From: a virus
Strand: one strand, 5' to 3'
Length of the DNA stretch: 60,375 nt
Virus record (IMG/VR): IMGVR_UViG_3300046459_000309
Location: 1 to 60,375 of that record
Numbering within the stretch: position 1 is the first letter of the stretch; each line of letters starts with the position of its first letter. Positions 50,409 through 58,613 of the stretch are shown one piece after another. Made by a program: the position numbers and the translations under genes. The notes beneath the pieces were generated by a model, which searched no databases, was not told the origin of the DNA, and worked only from the letters and a program-made list of their open reading frames with translations.

Positions 50409-50590
50409 ACGACAGGTTCCTGACCTTCAACCCGCACCGCAACGTCGCGTGGACCAGCAACAACCAGGAGCGTCACGTTCGCACCGCACTGGCCACAGGC
50501 CGGCGATGGGGCGTGAAGGTCATGGTGTGGGAGAACGTCGACGGCGACTGGCGCCTGATCGAAGACCCGGACACCTACTTCGCGGAGTAG
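50405..50590 (+). CDS. hypothetical protein
   Basis: ORF track; ATGA overlap. Confidence 0.6.
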   Translation: MNDRFLTFNPHRNVAWTSNNQERHVRTALATGRRWGVKVMVWENVDGDWRLIEDPDTYFAE

Positions 50591-50596
50591 CTGGCA

Positions 50597-50632
50597 GGGG
50601 GAGTTCCGCAAGTCGACTCACGGAACTCCCCC
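50597..50632. promoter_or_regulatory. GTCGAC palindrome, copy 10, embedded in a 36-bp palindrome (gggggagttccg-caagtcgactca-cggaactccccc)
   Basis: Read directly; core 50604-50625. Confidence 0.7.
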
Positions 50633-50635
50633 GCA

Positions 50636-50676
50636 GGTGTTGTGTCGGCCGACATATCTGTGCCATAGTCGGAGCA
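50636..50676 (+). promoter_or_regulatory. sigma70-like promoter cassette (TTGTGT-18 nt-CATAGT), 41-bp repeat copy 1
   Basis: ggtgttgtgtcggccgacatatctgtgccatagtcggagca; differs at 3 positions from 52246-52286. Confidence 0.55.
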
Positions 50677-50715
50677 CGCCAGGGACTCACGGAGAGTCCG
50701 GCAGGGGAGGACGAC

Positions 50716-51012
50716 ATGAACTGGACCACCGAGACGCTTCGTTCCGGAGTCGCGATCGACACGGCATACGACCACCGCCGGGAGCTGGCTTCGGTTCCGG
50801 GCACCTGGTACCGCGTTCGTCAGGGCGACGTCCTGATCCTCACCACCCGCAACCGGGGCGACGCACTGCGCCGGTTCCAGCGGACCGCCAGCAGTGCCTA
50901 CACCGCCCCCAAGTGCGGCCCTAAGACTGTGTCGCACACGGCCGGCGGGGGACTCACCTACCTCTACTGCACCGCTCCCGCCGGTCACGCCGGCAAGCAC
51001 ACCACCAACTAG
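50716..51012 (+). CDS. hypothetical protein (98 aa)
   Basis: Frame of ORF 50398..51012 from ATG 50716 after GGGGAGGA. Confidence 0.6.
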   Translation: MNWTTETLRSGVAIDTAYDHRRELASVPGTWYRVRQGDVLILTTRNRGDALRRFQRTASSAYTAPKCGPKTVSHTAGGGLTYLYCTAPAGHAGKHTTN

Positions 51013-51088
51013 CCGAAACGCCCTCCGGGGCGTCCGCGGGGACTGGCCTACCCGCGCTGATGAGGCAGGCCGTAGGAGAGGACCAGGT

Positions 51089-51208
51089 ATGTGCCCCTGC
51101 TGTGGAGCCGAAACCAACCGCTTCAACACCGACTGTGAGCCGTGCTTCACCGCTCTTCTCGAAGGTCGAGAGTGCGTCCACGCAGTCGACGCTCACGCAA
51201 GTCACTGA
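51089..51208 (+). CDS. zinc-ribbon micro-protein (39 aa)
   Basis: ATG after AGGAGAGGA; MCPCCGAETNRFNTDCEPCFTALLEGRECVHAVDAHASH. Confidence 0.45.
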   Translation: MCPCCGAETNRFNTDCEPCFTALLEGRECVHAVDAHASH

Positions 51209-51215
51209 CCCACCC

Positions 51216-51282
51216 GCCCCGCATAGGAAAGCCCACGGCGCCCCCAGCGCCAGGGCGCGCGGTTCGAATCCGCGGCGGGGCA
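51216..51282 (+). other. tRNA-like element with a truncated D-arm (67 nt)
   Basis: Acceptor gccccgc/gcggggc, canonical T-arm cgcgg-ttcgaat-ccgcg, 4-bp stem with loop cccccag (no U33); D region only 11 nt. Confidence 0.35.
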
Positions 51283-51312
51283 CTCAACGTTAGATCATCG
51301 TCAGGAGGCGCC

Positions 51313-51450
51313 ATGCTCGCATGCAAGTGCGGAGCCCACACCTATCGGTCTCACCTGAAGAAGTGCACCGCCGGCTACCCGGGGCACGCCTACCGCGGAC
51401 CGGGCGGGGCCTGGACGACCAACGAGGAGCCCCAGTGTTCCGACGCCTGA
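51313..51450 (+). CDS. hypothetical Cys/His-containing protein (45 aa)
   Basis: Frame of ORF 51142..51450 from ATG 51313 after AGGAGG. Confidence 0.5.
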   Translation: MLACKCGAHTYRSHLKKCTAGYPGHAYRGPGGAWTTNEEPQCSDA

Positions 51451-51665
51451 AGATCCGACGCGCAGCCCGCGCCCTCCACGAGACGCACCCGTATCTCTCG
51501 CTCCCCGTCGCCCGTACCCGCGCCACGCGCATGGTGCAGCGCTACCCGAAGGCCACCACGCAGCGGGTGGGGGAGTACTTGGTTCACGAAGAGCGGGTCC
51601 GCATCATGCTCGCGGCCATGCTGGAGAACACCGTGCACAAGGCACCGACGGAGGAGACATCGTGA
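51435..51665 (+). CDS. hypothetical protein (76 aa)
   Basis: Frame of ORF 51321..51665 from GTG 51435 after GAGGAG. Confidence 0.5.
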   Translation: MFRRLKIRRAARALHETHPYLSLPVARTRATRMVQRYPKATTQRVGEYLVHEERVRIMLAAMLENTVHKAPTEETS

Positions 51666-52069
51666 CAGACGTGACGTCGACAACCCCGACCTACTACGGC
51701 GTGTACGCCCGTCAGAACGGCGTGACGGTTTGCGAGGTGGCCACCATCGGCAGGGGCGTCACCTACGGCGAGGCGCGGGCCATCGCACGCGAACTCCAGG
51801 AGGAGTACCCGGAGTCAGTCGTCTGGATCGGTGCCGGCCTGTCACTGCACGGCCCGGTGTACGCGTCCGTTCTCGTCGCCGCTCGCGACATCCGACGAGG
51901 GGACGAGTTCACGGTCCACCGTCACGCCCGGACTGCGGCACACGACGCCGTAAAGATCATCCGCGGCAGCTTCCACGTGATGTTCACGGACGGCGGAGAG
52001 GCGTACCTGCCGGCGCACCGCATGGTCCCCGTTAACCGGCCCGCGGAGCGGCCGTGCGCTACCGCGTGA
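51662..52069 (+). CDS. hypothetical protein
   Basis: ORF track; GTGA overlap. Confidence 0.65.
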   Translation: MTDVTSTTPTYYGVYARQNGVTVCEVATIGRGVTYGEARAIARELQEEYPESVVWIGAGLSLHGPVYASVLVAARDIRRGDEFTVHRHARTAAHDAVKIIRGSFHVMFTDGGEAYLPAHRMVPVNRPAERPCATA

Positions 52070-52278
52070 CGTTCGAAAGCGGCTGTTCCGCGGTCGTCGA
52101 CGACGTCGCACAGCGCCACTTCCTCCGCCAAGCGGTCGGCCGCGGATACGGGCGGACGAGGGTGCGCGGTGGATGGGTCATCACGCTGCCGGGGGAGACG
52201 CTCGTCGCGATGCTCCGTGAGTCGACTTACGGAGGTTCGGCGCTAGGTGTTGTGTCGGCCGACATAACTGTGTCATAG
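52054..52278 (+). CDS. hypothetical protein whose 3' end runs through palindrome copy 11 and the next promoter
   Basis: ORF track; C-terminus LRESTYGGSALGVVSADITVS is encoded by regulatory repeats. Confidence 0.5.
   Translation: MRYRVTFESGCSAVVDDVAQRHFLRQAVGRGYGRTRVRGGWVITLPGETLVAMLRESTYGGSALGVVSADITVS
52213..52234. promoter_or_regulatory. GTCGAC palindrome, copy 11 (ctccgtgagtcgacttacggag)
   Basis: Read directly; 15 nt upstream of TTGTGT. Confidence 0.65.
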
Positions 52279-52286
52279 TCGGAGCA
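52246..52286 (+). promoter_or_regulatory. sigma70-like promoter cassette (TTGTGT-18 nt-CATAGT), 41-bp repeat copy 2
   Basis: ggtgttgtgtcggccgacataactgtgtcatagtcggagca. Confidence 0.55.
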
Positions 52287-52313
52287 ACGCAAGGCACTGA
52301 CGAAGGAGTGGAC

Positions 52314-52985
52314 ATGAAGGCTTACAAGATCAAGGGCACTACGAACGACGTCACCACTTGCGAGCTGTGCGGTCGGCCGGAGCTGAAGGGCACGGTGATG
52401 CTCGCCCCGCTGGACGTCGACGGCAACGAGGACGGCGACGTCTCGTACTTCGGTACCTCCTGCGCCGCTAAGGCGTCCGGCTGGACGGTCCGGGAGGTCA
52501 ACGCGGGCGTCAAGGCCGCGAAGGTGCAGGCCGCTTCGGAGGAGCGGAACCGGGTCATCGCGGAGCGGGAGGCAGAGAACAAGGCGTACATCCGGTGGGT
52601 TCAGGAGACCTACGGCACCGGCGCCACGTTGAAGGCCGCCGTCCAGGAGTTCGGACTCGTCGGTCTGCGGAAGCAGTTCCTGGCCGCCCGCGACGCCGTG
52701 GACGAGGCGACGGAGCCGGTCACCGTCGACGCCGCCCAGGCCGTCCCCTTTGTCATCGAGCCGCGCGGGATGGTCTACCGGAACGACGGAACGTGCTTCC
52801 AGTGGATGCGGGTCATCAACGGCAAGGTGTTCCACTTCGCTCTGTATGGTCCGGTCGACTACTGGCAGAGCGGAGTCACGTGCCGCGTGTACAGCCACCC
52901 CTACGGCAACGTGTTTGAGAAGACCGTCGTGCACAAGAACATGCACGTGACGGAGTATGTCGCCCCCGCAGCACGCGCAGCCTGA
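52314..52985 (+). CDS. hypothetical protein
   Basis: Frame of ORF 52308..52985; ATG 52314 after GAAGGAG. Confidence 0.7.
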   Translation: MKAYKIKGTTNDVTTCELCGRPELKGTVMLAPLDVDGNEDGDVSYFGTSCAAKASGWTVREVNAGVKAAKVQAASEERNRVIAEREAENKAYIRWVQETYGTGATLKAAVQEFGLVGLRKQFLAARDAVDEATEPVTVDAAQAVPFVIEPRGMVYRNDGTCFQWMRVINGKVFHFALYGPVDYWQSGVTCRVYSHPYGNVFEKTVVHKNMHVTEYVAPAARAA

Positions 52986-53071
52986 CCCACCCGCGGAGCC
53001 CCTGGAAGTAGAGATCCCAGGGGCTCCACTCGCACACCACCACGCACGCCCCCGTTCACGAGTGAGGAACC

Positions 53072-53806
53072 ATGACTACCAACGCCCCCGCCCCGTGGGC
53101 CGTCAGAGCCACCCGGAAGCACGGTCAGACGACCGTCCTCTACGCCGCCCTGGCGCTCTCCGCGCCCGGTGAGTACGCGCTCGCACAGATGGCCGGCTGG
53201 GATCACCGTGTGGCCTGGCTGATGCCGGCCGTTTTGTCGCTCTATGCGGCGATCAGCGCCAGCGTTGCGAAGGCTCAGAAGACAACGGCCCGCGAACTCG
53301 TCGGAACGCCGCAGGAGGCGGAGGCCAAACGTCGTTCCGCCAACGCAACGTGGGGCGCTCTCGTGGCGCTGCTCATCGCAACGGCCGCACAGGTTGCGGA
53401 ACACGTGCTCACAACGGGCGCAACGGGCACGCGGGCATGGGTTGTCATCATCGTCAGCGCCGTTCCGCCGTTGGTAGCGGCCCACGTGCTGCACATCGAC
53501 CCGCCGATGGAGCTGGAGCCGACGGAGGAGCGCGAGACACCCGCGTGGCTGCCACAGGAGGCCCTTCAGGAGCCTGCGGAGGAGCCGGAGCGCCAACTCC
53601 CCGCGCCGCCCGTGGAAGAGCCGGAGAAGCCCATCCTGGTGACCTACAGGGAAGCCGCTGATGCTCTCGACGTCGCTGCGGAGACCGTCCGCGGGTGGAA
53701 GGCGCAGGGAAAGATCATCAGCTACCCCGGACAGGGCACCAACAACGTTCTGGTTGACCTCCGGGAATGCCAGAGCGTCAAGGCCCGCCGTTCAGTCAGC
53801 GTTTAG
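53072..53806 (+). CDS. multi-pass membrane protein with C-terminal excisionase/MerR-type HTH
   Basis: Several hydrophobic segments, PEEPE-rich linker, then LVTYREAADALDVAAETVRGWKAQGKI. Confidence 0.7.
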   Translation: MTTNAPAPWAVRATRKHGQTTVLYAALALSAPGEYALAQMAGWDHRVAWLMPAVLSLYAAISASVAKAQKTTARELVGTPQEAEAKRRSANATWGALVALLIATAAQVAEHVLTTGATGTRAWVVIIVSAVPPLVAAHVLHIDPPMELEPTEERETPAWLPQEALQEPAEEPERQLPAPPVEEPEKPILVTYREAADALDVAAETVRGWKAQGKIISYPGQGTNNVLVDLRECQSVKARRSVSV

Positions 53807-53814
53807 GAGAGATC

Positions 53815-54153
53815 ATGCGAGAAGAACTGTCGGACGAGTGGAGTCGGTGCGTCGTTGTGTCGACGGGTGGCTTCCTGGACTCCGGAATTGTCGGGGTGTG
53901 GGTTGGGGATGACACGGACGAGAACGGCGCCCCCTCCCTGCGTATGCCGGCCAACGATACGCGGAAGCTGGCACACACTCTGCTCCGGGCAGCGGACGAG
54001 GCGGAGGGCGTCAATCACTTCGACGCCCTGGAGGCCCTGATCGTAAAGATCACGCGCGAGAGAACGGCCGCCTTCATCCGCGCCAACATCGACATGCAGG
54101 GCCTGGACTTCCCGGACGCGGAGAGCGTCGCGGTGTGGCTGGAGGAGAGCTGA
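53815..54153 (+). CDS. hypothetical protein
   Basis: Frame of ORF 53767..54153 from ATG 53815 after AGGAGAG. Confidence 0.6.
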   Translation: MREELSDEWSRCVVVSTGGFLDSGIVGVWVGDDTDENGAPSLRMPANDTRKLAHTLLRAADEAEGVNHFDALEALIVKITRERTAAFIRANIDMQGLDFPDAESVAVWLEES

Positions 54154-54365
54154 TGAAGATCACCGCGGAGCGTGTCACCGGTCACGTCTTCGTGGTCGCC
54201 ATCGACGAGACGGAGGCCCTGGAGCTGTTCGACCGGGACAACACCTACGACGCGGAGCGGGAGGCGATCGAGCACGAGAACTACCGGAACCGCTACGACC
54301 GTCACCACTCCGGCGAGACCATGAACACGTACCGCATCGAAGTCCGGGCCGAGAAGGTCCACTGA
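54153..54365 (+). CDS. hypothetical protein (70 aa)
   Basis: Frame of ORF 54135..54365 from ATG 54153 (TGATG overlap). Confidence 0.55.
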   Translation: MKITAERVTGHVFVVAIDETEALELFDRDNTYDAEREAIEHENYRNRYDRHHSGETMNTYRIEVRAEKVH

Positions 54366-54375
54366 GCACCATCGA

Positions 54376-54410
54376 GAGCCCTCGTCGCACTCCGCGGCGG
54401 GGGCTCTTTT
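54376..54410 (+). terminator. rho-independent terminator closing the early region
   Basis: About 12-bp stem (gagccctcgtcg / cgcggcgggggctc) followed by tttt. Confidence 0.8.
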
Positions 54411-54493
54411 GCGTTCAGTGCGCCCTTGACGGACCGGTCCGACAGCGCAACTCTCGTAGAACATCCTGCAACGTCCGCGACCATGGAGGCGTC

Positions 54494-54736
54494 ATGACGT
54501 TACATTTCATCGCGAAGGACCCGAACACGAACGGGGAGAACTGTCCCACCGTGTGGTTCGACGACGAGGCACAGGAGTTCGTCGTCCAGGGGTGGAAGGC
54601 GGACGAGATGCTTCAGCTGAAGTGCCTGGAGGCCGGTCCGATCCCCGACTCCGAAGCCGTGGTCCGGCTCCCCGCGCGCATGATCGACGTACTGAAGGCG
54701 GTGATCGAGGTTGCAGAGCGTTCCCCCGTTCTCTGA
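54494..54736 (+). CDS. small protein partnered with the DUF6879-like gene
   Basis: ORF track; MTLHFIAKDPNTNGENCPTVWFDDEAQEFVVQGW. Confidence 0.65.
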   Translation: MTLHFIAKDPNTNGENCPTVWFDDEAQEFVVQGWKADEMLQLKCLEAGPIPDSEAVVRLPARMIDVLKAVIEVAERSPVL

Positions 54737-55232
54737 ACTCCTGGCCTCGTGCCGGACGTCGGCCGTCCACCTGGAAACGCGCGACGTCTACGGCGTGGTG
54801 GAGGAAGACAAGGACTTCGCCGCGTGGAAGGACGGATGGGCGTACGACATCGACGACCGGTCGTCGTGGTGGAACGACTTCCATCAGACCGTCGCCGATG
54901 GCGTCGCCCGTGGGATCGCCGTGCGTCGGCTGCGAGTGGTCTCCGAGCCCGTGTCCGACTACATCCGTTACGAGCATTCGTGCACGCCGCAGAATCTCGC
55001 GGCCGGCGAGGACGTCAGGTGGCTCCCGCGGCGCCTGGCGTCGGATCTGCTCTTCCCGGGCAATGACTTCTGGCTCTTCGACGAGCAGGCAGTGAAGTTC
55101 GGTCTGTTCACCGGAGAGGGACGGTTCGTCAGGCACGAGATGTCATACGAGCCGACCGTCATCAAGCAGTGTGCGAGCGCCGTGGACGCTGCGTGGGAGC
55201 GCGCGATCCCGCACGCGGAGTTCCAGGTCTGA
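54711..55232 (+). CDS. DUF6879-like protein
   Basis: TTG start; AVHLETRDVYG...RRLRVVSEPVSDYIRYE...WLFDEQ pattern recalled from Streptomyces DUF6879 proteins adjacent to XRE regulators. Confidence 0.6.
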   Translation: MQSVPPFSELLASCRTSAVHLETRDVYGVVEEDKDFAAWKDGWAYDIDDRSSWWNDFHQTVADGVARGIAVRRLRVVSEPVSDYIRYEHSCTPQNLAAGEDVRWLPRRLASDLLFPGNDFWLFDEQAVKFGLFTGEGRFVRHEMSYEPTVIKQCASAVDAAWERAIPHAEFQV

Positions 55233-55235
55233 TCC

Positions 55236-56087
55236 GTGTCCGAAGCCCCGTACCCGTCAGCCCGCATCCACGAAGCGCATGAGCGCGTTGCCGCTCGCCT
55301 TCGGGAGCTCCGTCTCGATGCGGGACTGACGGGCCGCGAGGTGGCCGTCCGCACGGGCTGGCAGACGTCGAAGGTCTCCCGGCTCCAGACCGGTGCCACG
55401 CTGCCCGCAGACGACGACATCCGGGCATGGTGCCGGGCGTGCAACGTGGAGGACGAGGCGGCCGACATCATCGCCGCTGCTCGCGATGCCGGGTCGATGT
55501 ACATGGAGTGGCGACGCCTCCAGCGGACCGGCATGAAGCGGGTGCAGGAGTCCCGGACGCCCATCCACGAGCGGACGAAGGCGCAGCGCGTCTACAGCTC
55601 CAGTGTCATCCCGGGAATGCTTCAGACGCGCGCGTACGCCGCTGCCCTGCTCTCCAACATCGCCCGCTTCCACGGCACCCCGGACGACTCCGCGGAGGCC
55701 GCTGACGCCCGCGTGGCACGATCCCAGATCATCCGCCGGCCAGGGCGCACGTTCTCAATCCTCGTGGAGGAGTCAGTACTCCGTCGACGGGTGGGCAGCG
55801 CGGAAACCATGGCGGCACAGCTGGGGCACCTCCTGACGACCGCTGCGCTCCCTGCCGTCTCCCTTGGCGTCATTCCCGCCTCAGCGCCCGCCATATGGCC
55901 GCTGGAGACATTCACGGTGTACGACGACACCACGGTCTATGTGGAGCTGCTGACGGCCGCACTGACGATTACGGCGCCGTCGGAGATCGCTCAATACCTC
56001 GCCGCGTACGGCGAGATGGCTGACGCTGCGGTGTTCGGCCAGGACGCCTATCGCATCATCGCGGGCGCCCTCTCGGCACTCAGCTGA
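55236..56087 (+). CDS. XRE-family HTH regulator with DUF5753-like C-terminal domain (WhiJ/Scr1-type); candidate repressor
   Basis: GTG start; LRELRLDAGLTGREVAVRTGWQTSKVSRLQTG; 283 aa. Confidence 0.75.
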   Translation: MSEAPYPSARIHEAHERVAARLRELRLDAGLTGREVAVRTGWQTSKVSRLQTGATLPADDDIRAWCRACNVEDEAADIIAAARDAGSMYMEWRRLQRTGMKRVQESRTPIHERTKAQRVYSSSVIPGMLQTRAYAAALLSNIARFHGTPDDSAEAADARVARSQIIRRPGRTFSILVEESVLRRRVGSAETMAAQLGHLLTTAALPAVSLGVIPASAPAIWPLETFTVYDDTTVYVELLTAALTITAPSEIAQYLAAYGEMADAAVFGQDAYRIIAGALSALS

Positions 56088-56178
56088 AGAGCCATAGAAT
56101 TCCGTAGAACTTCGTGGAACCTGCGCCTTTCCGACTCCTACTGTCATCACTGAGACGACACGCGGCGGAGGTGCGGGA

Positions 56179-56394
56179 ATGGACAAGACAGCAATGTCGG
56201 GCCCGGTGTTCTTGACGGATCCATTGCCAGACGAACCCATCCCCGTCCCGGGATGCGACGTCTGCCGCGGATTAGCGGCTTGGTGGCGTCGTGCAATGGA
56301 TCCGAAGAGCGAGTCCTATGACCCTTCACGAGCGTCGGACTGGGCAATCGAGATCCGTCGGCACCCGCACCCGAAGAAGCAGGCGACGGCATGA
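56179..56394 (+). CDS. hypothetical protein
   Basis: ORF track. Confidence 0.55.
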   Translation: MDKTAMSGPVFLTDPLPDEPIPVPGCDVCRGLAAWWRRAMDPKSESYDPSRASDWAIEIRRHPHPKKQATA

Positions 56395-56663
56395 GCACCC
56401 GCGCGCTGATTCGCCCCGTGACGCATCGAATCGTTCAGCACCCGGACACCGACGTCACGTACGAGGCGGAGTGCCTTCATTGCGCGTGGACGGCCACCCC
56501 CTCGACGTCCACGAAAGCGGTAGACGTCGAATGCATGAGCCACGCGGGACGGAGCAATCATCGCGGATTCCGACGGGTAGTTACCGGATTCGCGTTCGTC
56601 GTCCGTGAGGGAGAGGACCCCGTACCGCCGCCCGTCGCGTCCCCCGCGTCGACGAGCACCTAG
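56391..56663 (+). CDS. hypothetical Cys/His protein
   Basis: ORF track; ATGA overlap; ECLHCAW...ECMSHAGRSNH. Confidence 0.6.
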   Translation: MSTRALIRPVTHRIVQHPDTDVTYEAECLHCAWTATPSTSTKAVDVECMSHAGRSNHRGFRRVVTGFAFVVREGEDPVPPPVASPASTST

Positions 56664-56669
56664 GTACGG

Positions 56670-56695
56670 GTCCGTGTCTGCCGACGGACACGGAC
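56670..56695. terminator. hairpin gtccgtgtc-tgccgacg-gacacggac
   Basis: Read directly, 7 nt after the stop at 56663. Confidence 0.5.
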
Positions 56696-56846
56696 AGGGG
56701 GAGGCGGCGTCATCCCACCCGGCGGCGCTGCCTCCTCCCCACAAGCCCGCGCGCTAGGGGCGTCACCTCCGGCGCGCGGTGGACGGCTGGGGCCGGTTCC
56801 TCCGGGGTAGCCCGTGAGGTCGACATGCCGGCCCCGGACCGTCCAT

Positions 56847-56882
56847 GAGCCCCCGTTCTTCCCTGTGGGAGAGCGGGGGCTC
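56847..56882. terminator. hairpin gagcccccg-loop-cgggggctc
   Basis: 9-bp stem; no U-tract. Confidence 0.45.
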
Positions 56883-57005
56883 TGACGTGTGGGCATAGCT
56901 TCTGCGTTGTGAGACGATGCACTACGGGCAGGCGTGATGTGTCGAGTCACAACCTAGGGCTCAATCGCGCCCAGCCCCTGTGACCAGTAGGGAGAACATG
57001 CTCAC

Positions 57006-58505
57006 ATGGAACCCATGAGGGTATTCACGTACCGGCGCATCTCACGCGTCACCGAACGGACGACAAGCATCGAGCGGCAGGGGGAACACCTCGTCGCAGA
57101 ATGTGAACGCCGAGGATGGGTCATCGTGGACGATTTCGCAGACGAGGGCGTCAGCGGGGCCACCGACCCATCAGAGCGGCCGTACATGTCGAAGATGCTT
57201 GCCAGACTGGATGAGGTCGACGCAATCGTCTTCTATCGCCTGGATCGCCTGTGCCGGTCGACGTTGGCGTTCGCGGAGCTGATGGACCTCTGCAAGCGCG
57301 TTGGTGTCGCACTCGTCAGCTGCACCGAACCTCTTGACCTCTCGTCACCTATGGGCGTCGCCATGGCGGAAATCATCGCCGTGTTCGCCAAGCTCGAAAG
57401 GGCAATGATCCGGGAGCGGTCGATGGATGCCCGGCGAAAGGGGATGGAGGATCAAAAGTTCGTCGGAGGACGATTCCCTTACGGCCTGACGCCGGCGCCG
57501 CACCCGTCCGGAAAGGGACGGGCGCTCGTCCGCGACGAAGAAGCCGCGAAGGTGATCCAACGGATGGCCGCAATGGTTGTAGCCGGACACAGCGCGACGG
57601 CTATCGCCAAAATCCTGAACGCGGACAAGGTACTCACGTCCCGCATGAAGGGTGCGACCGCCAAACTGGCCGGCGGACACGAAGCACAGGTGACGTACTG
57701 GCGGGGCAACGCCGTGCGCGCCGTACTGCGCAACAAGGTGCAGCTGGGCTACCGCATCCTGCCCAACGGGCGGCCGGAAACGGGCACCGACGGCCTACCG
57801 CTCATTGTGTGGGAGCCAGTTCTCACATGGGACGAGTGGGAAGCCGTACAGAGCGCACTGGACACCATGGCGGCCACCCGCACGCTACGGCACGACGCCT
57901 ATTGGCTTCAGGGCGTACTCAGGTGCGGTGTGTGCGACGCCAGGATGACTCAAACCGTCGCTCACGGTCGTACGGGGCTCAAATGCGCCCAGCCCAACGA
58001 GAACAGGCATAAGCCCTCCCCGTTCATTCGGGCCGACGACCTGACCGACTGGGTCAACGCACACATGATGGCCGTGCTCGGGTGGTTGCCCATCGTCGAA
58101 AACATCTGGCACGCGGGCAGCAACAGCGCTCAGGAGCGCCGAGAGGTCGCCACCGCTATCAAGCGGCTGCGCGAGGACCGGAGCAAGGGGCTGTACGAGG
58201 GTGAGGAGGATGAAGCGGAATTCGAAGCGGCGATGACCACGCTGATGGCCAAGCGTCGCGTGCTGGCCAGCCTGGAGGACGAAGAGCCACGCTGGGAAAC
58301 CGTGAGCACGGGACGACGCTTCCGTGACGTGTGGGAGTCGTCCAGCGAGGAAGCCCGCGCATCCATGATGCAGAACGCGGGACTTGTGGTCCGCATCGAG
58401 CCGGCGGGAGGCAAGCGACTGCCTGTAGGGGAGCGTGCTCGCATCGAGCCTGAGGACCCAATCGCTACGAGGTTGGCGGAAATCGAAGCGGAGGAGCGGG
58501 AATAG
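57006..58505 (+). CDS. int: large serine recombinase (integrase)
   Basis: YRRISR...SIERQ, GVSG, IVFYRLDRLCRS (resolvase-type catalytic domain); zinc ribbon CGVCDARM...LKC; coiled-coil C-terminus; ATG 57015 is an alternative start. Confidence 0.92.
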   Translation: MEPMRVFTYRRISRVTERTTSIERQGEHLVAECERRGWVIVDDFADEGVSGATDPSERPYMSKMLARLDEVDAIVFYRLDRLCRSTLAFAELMDLCKRVGVALVSCTEPLDLSSPMGVAMAEIIAVFAKLERAMIRERSMDARRKGMEDQKFVGGRFPYGLTPAPHPSGKGRALVRDEEAAKVIQRMAAMVVAGHSATAIAKILNADKVLTSRMKGATAKLAGGHEAQVTYWRGNAVRAVLRNKVQLGYRILPNGRPETGTDGLPLIVWEPVLTWDEWEAVQSALDTMAATRTLRHDAYWLQGVLRCGVCDARMTQTVAHGRTGLKCAQPNENRHKPSPFIRADDLTDWVNAHMMAVLGWLPIVENIWHAGSNSAQERREVATAIKRLREDRSKGLYEGEEDEAEFEAAMTTLMAKRRVLASLEDEEPRWETVSTGRRFRDVWESSSEEARASMMQNAGLVVRIEPAGGKRLPVGERARIEPEDPIATRLAEIEAEERE

Positions 58506-58562
58506 GCATCGTTTGGCAACGGATGGGTAACGTTACGGCTGGTCCGTCAGTCGCGCCCGTGG

Positions 58563-58603
58563 CCCCTCGTCGACGCCGCCTCCGCCCCCTCGTCGACGCC
58601 GCC
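58563..58603. repeat. 18-bp direct repeat cccctcgtcgacgccgcc x2 (58563-58580, 58586-58603)
   Basis: Read directly, just downstream of int. Confidence 0.85.
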
Positions 58604-58613
58604 CACCGCCTCC

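Noticed and set aside
51175-51196. Degenerate palindrome-like sites (51175-51196 cacgcagtcgacgctcacgc; 56812-56826 ccgtgaggtcgac; 908-923 gtcgacttgcgaag half-site)
   Set aside because: Each has an indel or only one half-site, so they were not counted in the 11-copy family. They could be decayed copies.
9074-52234. Dispersed palindromes considered as a possible CRISPR array or spacer-like structure
   Set aside because: The copies are kilobases apart with no regular repeat-spacer periodicity. No CRISPR array is present in the window.
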